64,000 bases of DNA, taken from contig CAJFCJ010000001.1 in assembly GCA_904063045.1 (NCBI GenBank), positions 3,545,320 to 3,609,319 of the forward strand, given 5' to 3'. Shown in pieces: positions 25,995 to 39,040 of the stretch (positions are counted from its first letter, which is position 1; every line of letters starts with the position of its first letter). Position numbers and translations under genes: made by a program. This DNA is from Dimorphilus gyrociliatus (lineage: Eukaryota > Animalia > Annelida). A model generated the notes under the pieces. The model was not told the origin of the DNA. It did no database searches and saw nothing but the letters and a program-made list of their open reading frames with translations.

Positions 25995-28784
25995 AAGAAG
26001 TCAATGAAAATATAAAAAATAAAAAAAAAAAAAACAAAAAATAAATAAAATACTAAATAAATAATTAACTAACTAATTAACTAATTAATTAATTAATCAA
26101 ATGGATGGATGGAGAAGACGACAATGGTTGTGATGGTTGTGATGTTGATAAGAGATGAAAAAAAGCGAAAAAAGTTTAAAAAACGCAACGGATATAAAAG
26201 TAAAGTATACAAATATTGAAATGAAAATTCTTCAACAACTTTTATGAAACGACGAAGCGAAGAAAAAAAAACCTCAAAAAAAAGTGAACAACTTGCATGC
26301 AAAAAATCAAGTTGACAGTCTTTTAAATTTTTTCTGTTGTCTTTTATCATTTTTAATATAAACAAACAAAATATGGAATCAGAGTGCACACAAACTTTTT
26401 GTTATCTATTTCTTCTTTCGTATTTTATAGAATTTTGTTTGTAGATCAATTTTATCTGTAATTTCTTCATATCTGTCTCTCTGCCTGTCTTTTTTTTTCT
26501 CTCTCTCTCTCTCTTTCTCGCTCTTTTATTTATTCTCTCACTTTCATTCGCTCACTCTCACTCACTCTCTCTCATATTCGTCGTTTGCACTTTCAACTTG
26601 AAAACTCACAGCAGCATCTTAAATGTTTTTCTATTTATAGCAGTTGATAAAATAATATACATAAAGGAGAAGAATTTATAATATCCTTTGAGGATAACAA
26701 GGGACGTTTACAATAAATTTTTGAACGATTCAATTATTAATTCTGAATAAATACTTGACAACATTCTATTGTTTTTTCTTTCATTTTTATCTTTCATTTT
26801 AGTATTTTAAACTAGTTTTTAATTATCTTCCTAAGCGAATAAAACCTACTTCCGGATTCTATTAATATTTATTGATTTAACACCAATAATACCAGCTTTC
26901 TGGACTTGTTTATTTTTTCTTTCTTTCTATCCGCTTCTCTTTCACCCTCTATATTTCTCACCTTGTTTTTCAATTACTATTCCAATTCTCGCCTGGTCAC
27001 CGCCGTCTCTCTTTCGCCAAGTTCTGTGCGCTTGGCGCCATCTATTGGATTAGCTGAGGAAAAAAGAGCGTGTTCTCTTGAGAAGAAAGTCAAAGACAAG
27101 AGTGGAAGTTGGTTGGGGGCAGAGGGGAGAGGCAGAGAGAAAAAGAGAGGAAAAGATAGAAAGAAAAAAGTATATCTTTCAACTAATAGAGGGATATAAT
27201 ACAAGTAAAATATTAGTTGGGTGTCTATTTAATTGTTTGCCGTCTACTCGATTTACCTTTTGAATTAATGTTAATGAAGAGGATATAATAAATAATTATA
27301 CGTAAATAAACAGTAAATAGTTTATATACACAAGTATATAGGTGAATAGTGAACTGGTATTTGAAAGATAAACTCAATAAACCCTTATGCTTAATGTCAA
27401 TATGCACGCATATTTGGCCTTTTCCGACTAGGAAATACATTTCAACTAATCGTATTTTATCAATTTGTATCACATTTGAAAAGGTGTTGGGCTCTGTTGG
27501 AAAATTAGTGTCGGAGGGGGAGGAGGAGGAGGAGTAGGAGGCGAGGAGGAGGGACGGAGACTAAAATATTGGGAAATTTCATTAGCATGGTTTTATTATA
27601 CCGGAGGGAGCAATAAAAAGATATTTGACAAGAATATTCCGAATATTTAGTTTAATACTTAAAAAGAGAGACAAGAGACAATGAAGATATTTTCTTAATA
27701 GACGCCGAATTCTTTTAATAATCATAATCTGGATCAGAATCATAATAAAACACCTAATACAAACAAATAAGCCATACTTAAAAACAGTAACTCGTCAACT
27801 TTAAAAGTAAATCATTAATGATTTATTAAATAGGTCAAATACGCGGAAAATGAAATCAATTAGTTGTATCCTTGTCTTTTAAATATGTAAATTCAAAGCG
27901 TGTTGACAGGCACTCTAGTTGTTAAACCATCCATCAAAGGATGCAGTCAGTTTAGTCAATAATCACTTTGATTAAGAAAGATTAAGGTCATCTCTCATCT
28001 AACTATTCTCGTCCGATCTCCGTCATCATCTTATCAATAATCATTAGGCCTCTATCCAAAAAAAATCTGTCATTTAAGTAGGCTTGCGACGAAATTCCAT
28101 TACATTTATAGGCCTAAGGCTAAGTGGTGATTATCAGGCAAAGATCCCGATGGAATTATGAGTATCGATTCGTATGAAACTCGTATTTTTAATCACGTGA
28201 CATTACGATAAACGAAAGAAGAGAAAGAGAAGAAAAGAAATGAGAAAAGTGGGATAATACGCAATTGATGAAGACGAGAAAAGTGTGTCGATGTGAAGTG
28301 AAGATTATGTAGCTTCCCCGCCCAACGACGTTGTAGGGTTAAGTGAGAAAGTCGACAAAATTCCTTATCCACCTGTCTGTTAGTCTGACAGCAAAGGTAT
28401 GTATATATATATATAGAAAGAGGGAGAGACAGACGGACAGACAAACAGAGAGAGAGAGAGAGTTGAGCATCTTAACGTCTTTAGTTGATTTACTCGATAT
28501 ACAAAATCTACAGCCTATATACTTGTATCTAGTATATATTAAAAATAGTCCAAATACGATAGAAAGGGAAAAATGAATAGAAAATATTTAATAAAAAAAG
28601 AAAACTAATAAAAATCTATGATATTGGCAGAAATCTGTATCTATATATGGAATTTTTACAATATGTTACAAATATCTATGTTTCATAAAATTATTCATCA
28701 TATTCATTCAAAGTCAATTGTCTCATTTTTATGATTGAATAAGTACAATACGCTCTTTTAAGTTCTTTTCTTTTGTCGTACAAC

Positions 28785-28823
<39 letters not shown>

Positions 28824-29249
28824 TCTCTCAGCTAAACTTTCCCAGTTGTACAAATTACGAATGGGAAAAGAGAGAAACAAGGAAAGAAAGAAAGCGGAAA
28901 GAGGAAGGAGGAGAAATTGAAAAAAAAAAAACAAAGAGGAAATTGTACTTGCTCTGATTTGTTTGTTTGTTTGTTTGTTTTAAACATCCATTCTACCTAC
29001 TTTATTTATCATCTCTTTCCTTTATATTTCAATATTCAAGTATTTATTTCGGGTTTATTGTTTATACTAGGAATCATACTGGCTTTTATGATTTAGTAGA
29101 AAATTGAGCAAAAGCCTTCTCTTCTACTCTTAACTTTTAAATAAACTATTTCCCTTTATAAACAGGACAATTAAATATTTATACAAATCAAAAACAACCA
29201 TTATCCTAACACTAGTTATCTTCCATTTCCTACTATTATTATTCTTCTA

Positions 29250-29280
<31 letters not shown>

Positions 29281-32200
29281 TCCTCTTCCTCATCCTTCTT
29301 CTCCTTCTTCTTTTATTTTTCATTATAAATATTGTATCGTTTGCTGTCTAGTTTGTAATGTCTTTTATAATAATGGTCTAATCATACTTCTCGTCAGGGC
29401 AACCATTGTTTGTCAAGCATCTCCTTCAAGACTTCTTTTTCTATATTCATTTATTTTATTCCTAAATAAACAAGTTTCTTTTAAGAAAGATTCTATGCAG
29501 CTTTACGAGATGCGATGTAGTCGTAATACTGTAAGCATTCTATTCTTTCGAAAGGCGCCTTTGGAGACACTCGATAACTATGTATATTGCTCGTTTTTTC
29601 CCCTTCTCTTTTCCCCCATTCTCCCTAACTCCTTCCACTATTTCTCCTCCAGTTTTCTTCTTCTTTTTGAATTAATCCATTTTCTAGAATTGAATACTGC
29701 CGAAAAATATATGCAAATAGAAAAATGTCACTTTGTGACATCTATAGGTGGACACTTTAAATATTCTTTTCTCCTCTCTCCCTCCCTCTTCAACGAATGT
29801 TCAGAGCGAAAGTAGAATGAGAGCGTTTTATAGAGGAGGGAAAACGCTCCTTTTCTGCCGTTATCGGACGAAGATCCATTTGCTAAAAGTATAATTAAGT
29901 GACCTAACGCATCTGTATTGGTGATTGAGATGAAACGAACAGATTTAAAGATAAGCAAGATTGGCATAATCCCCAAAAAAGGAGAGAAATCCTTCTATAT
30001 TGGAGTAAAAACTATATAAAGCAGAAAGCTTTTATATAAATAGAAAGATTAAAAAGAGGGGGAATTGAATTGATAATGATTTCGGATAAAGAAATCTATG
30101 TATTAAAACTGATTAAGGCTTAATAGAATATATAAATATAAACATCTATATATATATTTATATATAGTTACAATTTACTATTGAAATACAACTTTCATAC
30201 ATAAAATCATTGTTACTCTCCTCCTATCTTCTCTCTTGAATAGCGAAGACGATAAACAGGTACAGGTACTTTTCACTTTTATTGTAATTACACAGTCATA
30301 ATGATTATTTACGACCATCATTAAGCTATATTAAGAATATTTGCCATATTTGTTAAGAACGAGCATATGGGTTAAGGGATAGAAGTACCATTGAGAAAAT
30401 TCTACAACTTTTTCGCCTAATGGCACTGCCAATAGGAAAGAGAAATGAACGACAGAAAAAAAAGAAATCAGAAAGTGATTCTTGATCGAGGAGAAATCTG
30501 TCATGGAAAACAGAAGAATTTGACATTCATATCAACGATTAAAAAGAAGAGAAGAGCAAAGGAAAACAGATAAGTCAGATGGATGTCTTTTTTTATATCA
30601 CAAGTCAGGATTGGGAATTGCTACAGTGCCGATTTCTTTTTTCTCTTCTCCTCTCCTCTCCTCTCTTCTCCCCTCCTCTCCCTCTTCTTCCTTCTCCTCC
30701 TCTCTCCTCTCCTTTCTCCTCTCTCACTCCCTCTATAGAAAAAACACAAATTGACATTGTTTATATTAGCCAAATACAGTATAATTAAAGTAATAGAAAA
30801 GCAATTTACTTCTCTATTAGCATGGCGCGGCTACAATGTTTCCATATTGAAACGATTACTTTTCCTGGTAGTCTCGGAAACTCGTTTGATCCGCCTCTCC
30901 TCGATTAGAATAAAGAGATATATAAAACTTCCTCGGGCTCTCTTTCCCTTATTCAATCCGAAATATTTAGAACGATTGAAATTTTCCCTTCACGTTTCAT
31001 TTTAAAAGCATCATAAAATATTCAATTTCAACTGCCCAAATCTTCTAAGACCTTAATTTTCCCATTTATTTTTCCTATTCCCCGTTTGGTACCAGTTCCA
31101 TACTTTGACTTGCTCTTTAACTTTTTCCCTCTATCCGCTACTCATTGGTGGGTCGTAACCTTTTCAAAAGAAACGTAACGTAGGACATTCCAACTTTCTT
31201 CAACTCTTATCTTTATCGTCTACTTTCTCTTTAACTTTTTTTTATTTTTTTTTTATATCTAGCCGTGTCTCTTTCTCTCTCTCTCTCTCTCTCTTAATTT
31301 TCAAGTGCCATTTCATTTGCCACCTAAATTACGAGGAGAAAGAAGACAATTATATTGAAGATTTCTATGATACCTACAATAATATACTGTATAGATTCGC
31401 ATATACTGTATATAGTCTATACGTTATACGGTGTAATTAAGATTGCACTAGCTGCACTATTTCCGGTTGCCAACTTGTAGCTAGAAAGTACAACTTCATT
31501 CGCAGAGTTGTTGTTTTATTAGAAGAAGCAGGTAATATAGATAATAATATAGTATAGATAGATAGATAGATAGATAGATAGACAGTCGGAGAGGGGGAGG
31601 CGAATTGGGGAATGGGAGAAAATAAGGTTGTCAGCCATTTTAGTTTTTTTGCAAATAAAAGACTCTTCGAAGCGAAAAAGTTGATGGCTAAATGCGTTCA
31701 ACTCATTGCAAAAGTTCAATAATTCCCTATTGATCGAATAATCTCATAAACTCATGCATATTTCCATCTGTATGTTTATATACAAATCTCGTCGGTTTAT
31801 CTTGCCTCCGTCTATTAACTAAATAGAAACGGATTGTAGTTTGTCAACCTTGTTTACCTAAGCATCAGGCCAAATAAAGGAAGGTGGCTATATAATTCTT
31901 ATCTAATCTTGTGTCATCTTATCAAACAAACAGGACCGCAAGCAATCCATTAAATTCTTTATTGTTGGTTGCTTATTCATTGGGTTGACGAATAAAAAAT
32001 TCGAGTTGTTATTTCTTCTTCTTCTTCTTTTTCTTCTTTTTCTTCTACATTCAGACAAAAGCAGCAGAACCGATTAATAAATTAGAGACGAAAGCCAACG
32101 AGCCAAATCACTCTCTTTCTATTTTCTTTAGTTCCCTTTTTTCTGTGTTGTTTGTCGATCTGTTTATCCGTACTGTCTGTCTCTCTTTCTTTTCTTTTTC

Positions 32201-33583
32201 TATTTGTTTCTTTCACTTTTTTTCGTTTTTTCTTTCTTTCTTTCTTTCATCCTCCCTTTCTTTCTTTCTTTCCTTCTTTCTTTATTTCTCTCTCTCTCTT
32301 CTCCCCTGCTCCTGCTCCTCCTCCTTTGCCCTCAATCATCGATCTATCTAAACGTCGTTTAAGCCTTGATGAACTTTAAATATAGTAGTCTTCAAGAAAT
32401 CTTCCATTTGATTAAACCCGTCAACAGATACTACAAGTCGCTAAATTGATTATCAAAGCTATTAAAACAAAAGTCTCATGTTATAAGATCATTTATTTAT
32501 TGTTCTATTAAAATATTGATATAAATAAATAAGTCTACTTTTTGTTTTTCGCCCATAAACTTGGCTCTATTTTATATTGATATAATTCAAATGTATATAC
32601 AGTATATACTGTATATATGCGCACAGTATGTATGCTTATTATTTACATACACTCTATATGGAATGTATAACTGACTACAGAGGCAAGACCATTTTAATCA
32701 AGAGTTCAAGTGGCGATAGATGAAGAGCTAATATTGTAAACGTTTCGCTTTACATCTAATAGACTAGACTATCTTACTGGCGGATCGTAAATGAGAGCTG
32801 GCCGAGAAGGGTAAGATATAGACGTTAGCTAACGGATAGAAGGGAATATATATATATATATATATAAATAGAGAGAGAGAGAGAGAGAGAGAAAGAGAAA
32901 AAGAAAAAGAACGGGGAGAGAGAGAGAGAGTGAAGGACGGAAGGAAGGGAAAATAAAAAGAAAAAGAATAAATCAAATTATACCCTTACTTATAAAAATC
33001 ATAAACGTTAAAAAGGGAAAAAGACATCAACAACAAATGAGATAAATAAAAAGAAAAAGATAGATAGAAAGAAAGAAAAAAAGATAAATAAACAGATAGA
33101 CAGAACGAGAAAAAGACAAAAAATGGATAAAGAAACGATGCAAAACGGTTACGGAATTTAGGTAAAAAGAAACATAAATAACGATTGTTTGATAATAGAT
33201 AATACTAGTAGAATAAAAATTTTGACATTAGTTTTTATACAGTAGTTGCTAATATAGGGCTAATTCGTTGAGAAATTATCTTATCATTTACCGATTTTTA
33301 TCACTATAACAAGAAAAATAAAGCAAAAAAACGAAAGACAAGGATCATATCTTGATTGCAATCTTTTCTTTTTGACATTTTTCCGCCGTCGCGTAATACG
33401 AAAGAGAGTAGCTTATAGCCTATCAAAATTGAGCGTCGCTTTGGCGCTAGCAGCCTGCATTCGACGCCCAACCATCGTAACGCGACCGTCGAAAAACTCC
33501 TTATCTTTTTTATATCATTTTCGCCTCTTTATACAGTCATAAAGATAAGGTTTATTCATTTACAGCATTCAATTTTCATTTTA

Positions 33584-33882
33584 ATGCCAGTTATGAATGC
33601 GACAATATCTACGGAAACGGAAGTTGGGTTGTTGAAGCAAATTTCACTTGGTATTTTCTTAGGATTGATCGTCCTTTTGACGATTATTGGTAATTTATTG
33701 GTTATTGGAGCCGTTTTAATCGATTACTCTCTCAGGACTTGTACGAATTATTTTATATTATCCTTGGCCATAGCCGATTTGCTTTTGGGCATTTTAGGCA
33801 AGTTTTTTTCTCTTTTTTTTTTTTTTTTCTCATCCCATTTTTTTTATTATATTTCATTATTTATCACATCGTTCTCTCTCCC

Positions 33883-33920
<38 letters not shown>

Positions 33921-34186
33921 ACTCTTCTATTTGTCTCGTTTTTTTTTCTTTTTACCCCTACTACCTCTTCTTTTTTTTTCAATTGTTTGTTCGATATCGA
34001 GTCTATCCTTTTTAACCTTTGTTTTCTCCATATTATTACCTAGATGTCTGTTCGTATAGTCTTAATAAAGTTTCTAGTAAATGTCCACCCCTCTTCGTTC
34101 TATTCTTTCCTTCTTTCGTTTTTTTTCACCCTTATTTCGCTCACTCTCTGCATTCCTACTTACTTACTTACTCATTCACTTTCTCT

Positions 34187-34217
<31 letters not shown>

Positions 34218-37200
34218 AACGATTTTCGTTGGATGAGAAATTTCTTGAGAATAAATAATAAATGTGTTTATTCTGCAACAGTCGTGTACAGCTCCAACAG
34301 CAGTGTACACAACTGAAATTTTTACAGTTATTTATCATTTTTCAAACAGTCTTTCCTTTTAAAACCAAAATCTACAATTTCAAGTTGAAAGTGAACATTT
34401 TTATCTCTTCTCCTACTCCTCCTCATCCTTCTCCTTCTCTTTCACGTCTTTCTCTTCCTCTTCTCCTTTTCTGCCAACATAACCATCAACACACCGCCGT
34501 CACCGCCGCCGCCACAGCAGCCGCTAAAAACGGTCAAAACTACACCCCCTCTTTCCTGGACGCCCACTTCGACAAACATCCGAAAAATGTCGAAAAGGAT
34601 AAGTGCGCGAAGGAAAGGAGCATAAAGAAAAGGAAAAAAGGAAACCGCCCACCTCCTCTTATTTCTTAGTAGCCTCTTTAGTTGGTATTCCATTGCGGTG
34701 CGATAAATTATATAACGCTAATTAGGTTTCCCGCAATAAGAAATCGGTGAAAAGAAAGAAATTTTTTTCGTGCGCTTGCCAAAAAATCTGCAAAGTCTAT
34801 ATACTTGTATATATACGTATATATATATATATATATATATAGTGTATGAAATCAACCAGCCAGCCAGCCAGTCAGTCAGTCGGTGTATTTAACACATGCG
34901 TAGAGGATAAAAGTTGAAAAACGAAAGGCTAGGAAAGAGCGAGACGATTAAGAGCCTCTGATCGAGCTTCAATTTCAATCCAGACGTTTATGTTTATAGG
35001 CCTAAAAGCGGATATTCATAAAAAATTTACTTAGGCTAATTTTTTTTTTTGCTAGTCAATAAATATCTCATGAAATCATCGACAAAGTCGTTTGGTTAAC
35101 TCGAATTTTCCTCTTCTTATTCTCTTCTTCTTTCCTTTTCTTCATATAAGACTTTTCATTTCTCCTATTTCACTCTGATATTCTATTCCTTCATCTTCTT
35201 TTCGTCTTTCTTCCTCTCTGCCTCTCCCTCCTTCCCTCCCTTTATCAATCTATCTGTCTCTCCTATTTAGTTGATATAAAAAAAAACTCTGCCTCTTTTA
35301 AGGAAAAAGAGAGAGGGGAGAGAGTTTAATAGAAGCAAACTCTTTAGAAAAATGAAAAGATAAGAGAGAATTTAAGAGTAGGGCATTATCGGGATGTTTC
35401 TTGTAGGAATGCGGATAAGAGGGTGGTAGTGAATAGGTAGGATGACTGAATGGACCGATAGGTGGATGGGTAGTTGGTTAAGAGGAGAACGAGAGAAGAG
35501 AAGAATGGTATATTTAGCGCATATATTGGACTGGATAAAATTTTATAAAAGGAAAAAAGGAGATAGAGAGAAATGGGAATGGTTTTATTTTTTATCATTG
35601 TCCAAAAAGATTATCAATATTGTCGTAGAGAGAAAGAGAGGCGGAAAGAAAAATAGAGAGGGAGTGGGAGAGAGAGAGAGAGAGATTACTATTGCTAATT
35701 GAATTAAAAGTGATTAAAAATTAAGTTACTCTTTTTCTGTTTTTTTTTTACAGTTTTGCCATTCAGTCTATTAAACGAGGTGCTTGGAAAATGGATAATA
35801 GGCCAGGAAATGTGCGTTATTTGGTGTGTGGTCGACGTTTTATGTTGTACAGCATCAATCCTAAATTTACTAATAATCTCATTGGATCGTTGGTTAGCAA
35901 TTTCTTACCCCATGAGATATCATTCGTTCGCCACTCGAAAACGTGCAATAATTGCCATTATATTAGTATGGTTCCTGTCAGTCTTGATTTGTTTACCGCC
36001 AGTTTTTGGTTGGCGAAAGGAACCTACTGATGAAAACAAATGTGAGTTAACAGATGAAATTGGATATGTGATTTATTCTGCATTAGGATCATTTTGGATT
36101 CCGTCTATTATTCTAATAATTGTTTATTCAAGAATTTACGTTGTCGCCGCAAGACAAACTAAACAAATCGCAAAACAGCAAGCCCAGCTTGGTGAAATTA
36201 AAGGTCATCGATCAATCGCCAATAAATTATAGGAGGAAAAAAAGAATCATAAAAATCACAGAGTATCCTACAGATAGAGAGAGAGAGATCAGAATCGTAC
36301 AGAATATACATATATATATATATTTATATATATTTATATTTATATATATATATGTATATTTATGTTTGTACTTTTATACACATTAGTAAAAGAATAGCAA
36401 ACAAGAATAGTAGTGTTTATAGGAGGGGAAAAATCCTTAGAAAGAGAAAAAGATAAACTTTTCCTAATTGATAAATTCATAGCGTACGTTTTTATTTCTT
36501 CCATTTACCCAGCAGCTGCCCGTAATGGAAAACTCTTTACTTTTTTTCTTCCTTCTTTCCTTTAACCCCTATATCTTCCTCATTCCCTACTCATACGTTC
36601 ACTTTCTGTTTCTATATATATATAAAGATATATATATATATATAGTTGTCTCTCTCTATTCCTTCGTTCTCAATTTTCTCTAGCTATCTACAAATCTATC
36701 TATCCATTCATTCATCAATTCATCCATCTCACAATCTATCCGTCTATCTAATATCTATCCATATTTTTTCCTCCAAATTTTCTTCTATTTTTAAATACAG
36801 CCATGTATAGGACTACATATACAGTATATATTGCAGTATAGAACTATAAGATATACGTTGGTGAGTGTGAATATATATATATTTGTTTGTTTTGTCTTTT
36901 GTGCTATTGCTTGCGTTTGCGTGACTCTGCTTCTTCTATTTTTCTCTTAACAAGTTCCGTCCCCGTGCTTTCTTTATCTTTCCATGTGGCCATATATTTT
37001 ACTCACTTACTTGGTTACTTTCTATCTCTATTTTCCCTCATTTCTCTCTCTCTCTCTCTCCTTCTCTCGCACACAATCTCTATCACTCTTCCTCGTGTAT
37101 TCACTTACCCTGTCGCTATTGGTCAATAGTCAACGCTCTGCATTTGTTCAAGCTTATAGGAAAAATACTCAAAAGGAATAATAAGAGTAGAAGAAACAAA

Positions 37201-38035
37201 GGCTTTTGTTTTTTTACCTTTCGAAAAAATGAAAATGATAATAATTAAAATAGTTTGGGGTGGGGAATAATTCTTTCATTTACGGATAGGCCTATACTAT
37301 TATTTAAAAATCAATCTGTACAAAGAATAGAGAGAAAAACAGAGAACGCCAGTGACTGACTGACTGGCTGAATGAATGATTGAATGAATGAATAAATGGA
37401 CGAGTAAGAAAGTACGCGAGTGAACGAACGAGAGAGCGAGCTAGTAATAGAAAGAAGCAGAGAGGGAAATTCCGAAGGTCTATTAGGCCAATTTAAGGGA
37501 AAAATTGCCATAATAGGTGAATACATATTTTTTTTGATTAATGACCTTTAAAGAAGAAGAGACTCCCAGTGTTTCTTCCAGTCCAGCCATTAAGGTCAAG
37601 GACGCGCTACCCTTGAGAAAATTGAAGAAATTTGCTAAGGAGAAGCGGGCTGCAAAAACTTTGGCGGTGGTTGTTGGGACTTTTCTAGTGTGTTGGACGC
37701 CTTTTTTTACGGTTTACATACTGCACAATTTTGTTAGCGTACCGAAAACTCTATTCAAAATTGTATTCTGGTTGGGATACTGCAATTCGGCACTCAACCC
37801 GATGATTTATCCATTCTTTAGCAGAGACTTTAGAACAGCAATGAAAAAAATGCTAAGTAAAATATTCTGTCGTTGGGAGAAGAGTATCGACAATTATAGG
37901 AGGTCATCAGGTGCAACAACGACGAGACTTAAAGATGCCTCGAGAACAACGACAATGGAATTTTACGCCGACGAAACAAGTAGAGTGGAACTCCGCCAAA
38001 AGAAAGAATCGAGAAGTTTATTGGATAAGAAATAA
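33584..38035 (+). CDS. Aminergic GPCR of the alpha1-adrenergic / octopamine-alpha (OAMB) group: join(33584..33797,35754..36191,37554..38035), about 377 aa
   Basis: NYFILSLAIADLLLGIL-V-LPFS across intron 1; TM3 VDVLCCTASILNL; DRW; TM5 YSALGSFWIP; KFAKEKRAAKTL; CWTPFF; FWLGYCNSALNPMIYPFFSRDFR. Intron 1 donor is GC (G|gcaagt). The intron 2 donor could be 36191 or 36203 (both phase 1). Confidence 0.87.
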
Positions 38036-38392
38036 TTTGAAATATTTTAGAGACGTTTCTAATATTCTGTTTATTTGGCGACAATAACAAAGAATCAACA
38101 TGACGTCCTGGAAATGGAGAGATTAACTTGTAAAGCTCAGTTGTCAGAATAGGATAATCTCGGCGTTCTGTATTTTTGGTTCATTAAACCTGCAATCAAA
38201 CATTTTTTTTCCTTCGTTAATAGTTTCATCAATTTTATTAGGATTTGAACTATTTTCGTACAAAAAACCAAAGCAAAGATAAGTTGAAAATCTCTTTTTT
38301 TAACTAAGGCAAATTCAACAGTGCAATATTGAATACAAAAAGTATAAATACATACTTATGTACACTATACTGTATATTCAGTTTATATATTA

Positions 38393-38394
<2 letters not shown>

Positions 38395-38441
<47 letters not shown>

Positions 38442-38462
38442 CATATATATCTATATATAGAT
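38395..38462 (+). repeat. (TA)n microsatellite
   Basis: Directly visible run downstream of the alpha-type GPCR. Confidence 0.9.
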
Positions 38463-39000
38463 ATTTATTTATATATTTATTTAATAAAATAATTAAAATA
38501 TCGAATGGAAGGCGTTGAATTGTAAATGGCAAGAAATAAAACTCTCTCATTCTCCTCCTCCTCCTCCTCCTCCTCCTCTATTATGGACACAACTTAAATA
38601 GCTATATATACAATATTTATTTATATAATTCATTAACTATATAGATATATGTTCATTAACTATTTAAAAAGCCTACATTAGCTATTTATCTATCATATTA
38701 CAGTTTGATAAACTACCAACAACATTAGACGATATTCTTATACGACTACAAATGGATAAAAAAAATCCTATTGAGTATGTAGTTTGGCGATTACGAACAT
38801 ATTACGGAATATATTATACTCTCTTCTCCCTATCTATCCACCCCATCTCTTTCATTCACTCGCTCACTCACCCACCCACCAACCCACACACTCAGTCACT
38901 CACTCACTCACTCACTCGCTCTTCGTCCCCTGCCCTATCTCGCCGACTGCCATCCACGTAAACCCATACAACCACCCAGGCAGCCGGAGACTGCTTGACG

Positions 39001-39040
<40 letters not shown>

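Noticed and set aside
37408-37516. Possible extra ICL3 exon of the alpha-type receptor ending at aatag|gtgaat
   Set aside because: No pyrimidine-rich acceptor, an in-frame stop just upstream, and it would leave a ~37-nt intron. A direct splice from 36191 to 37554 already keeps frame.
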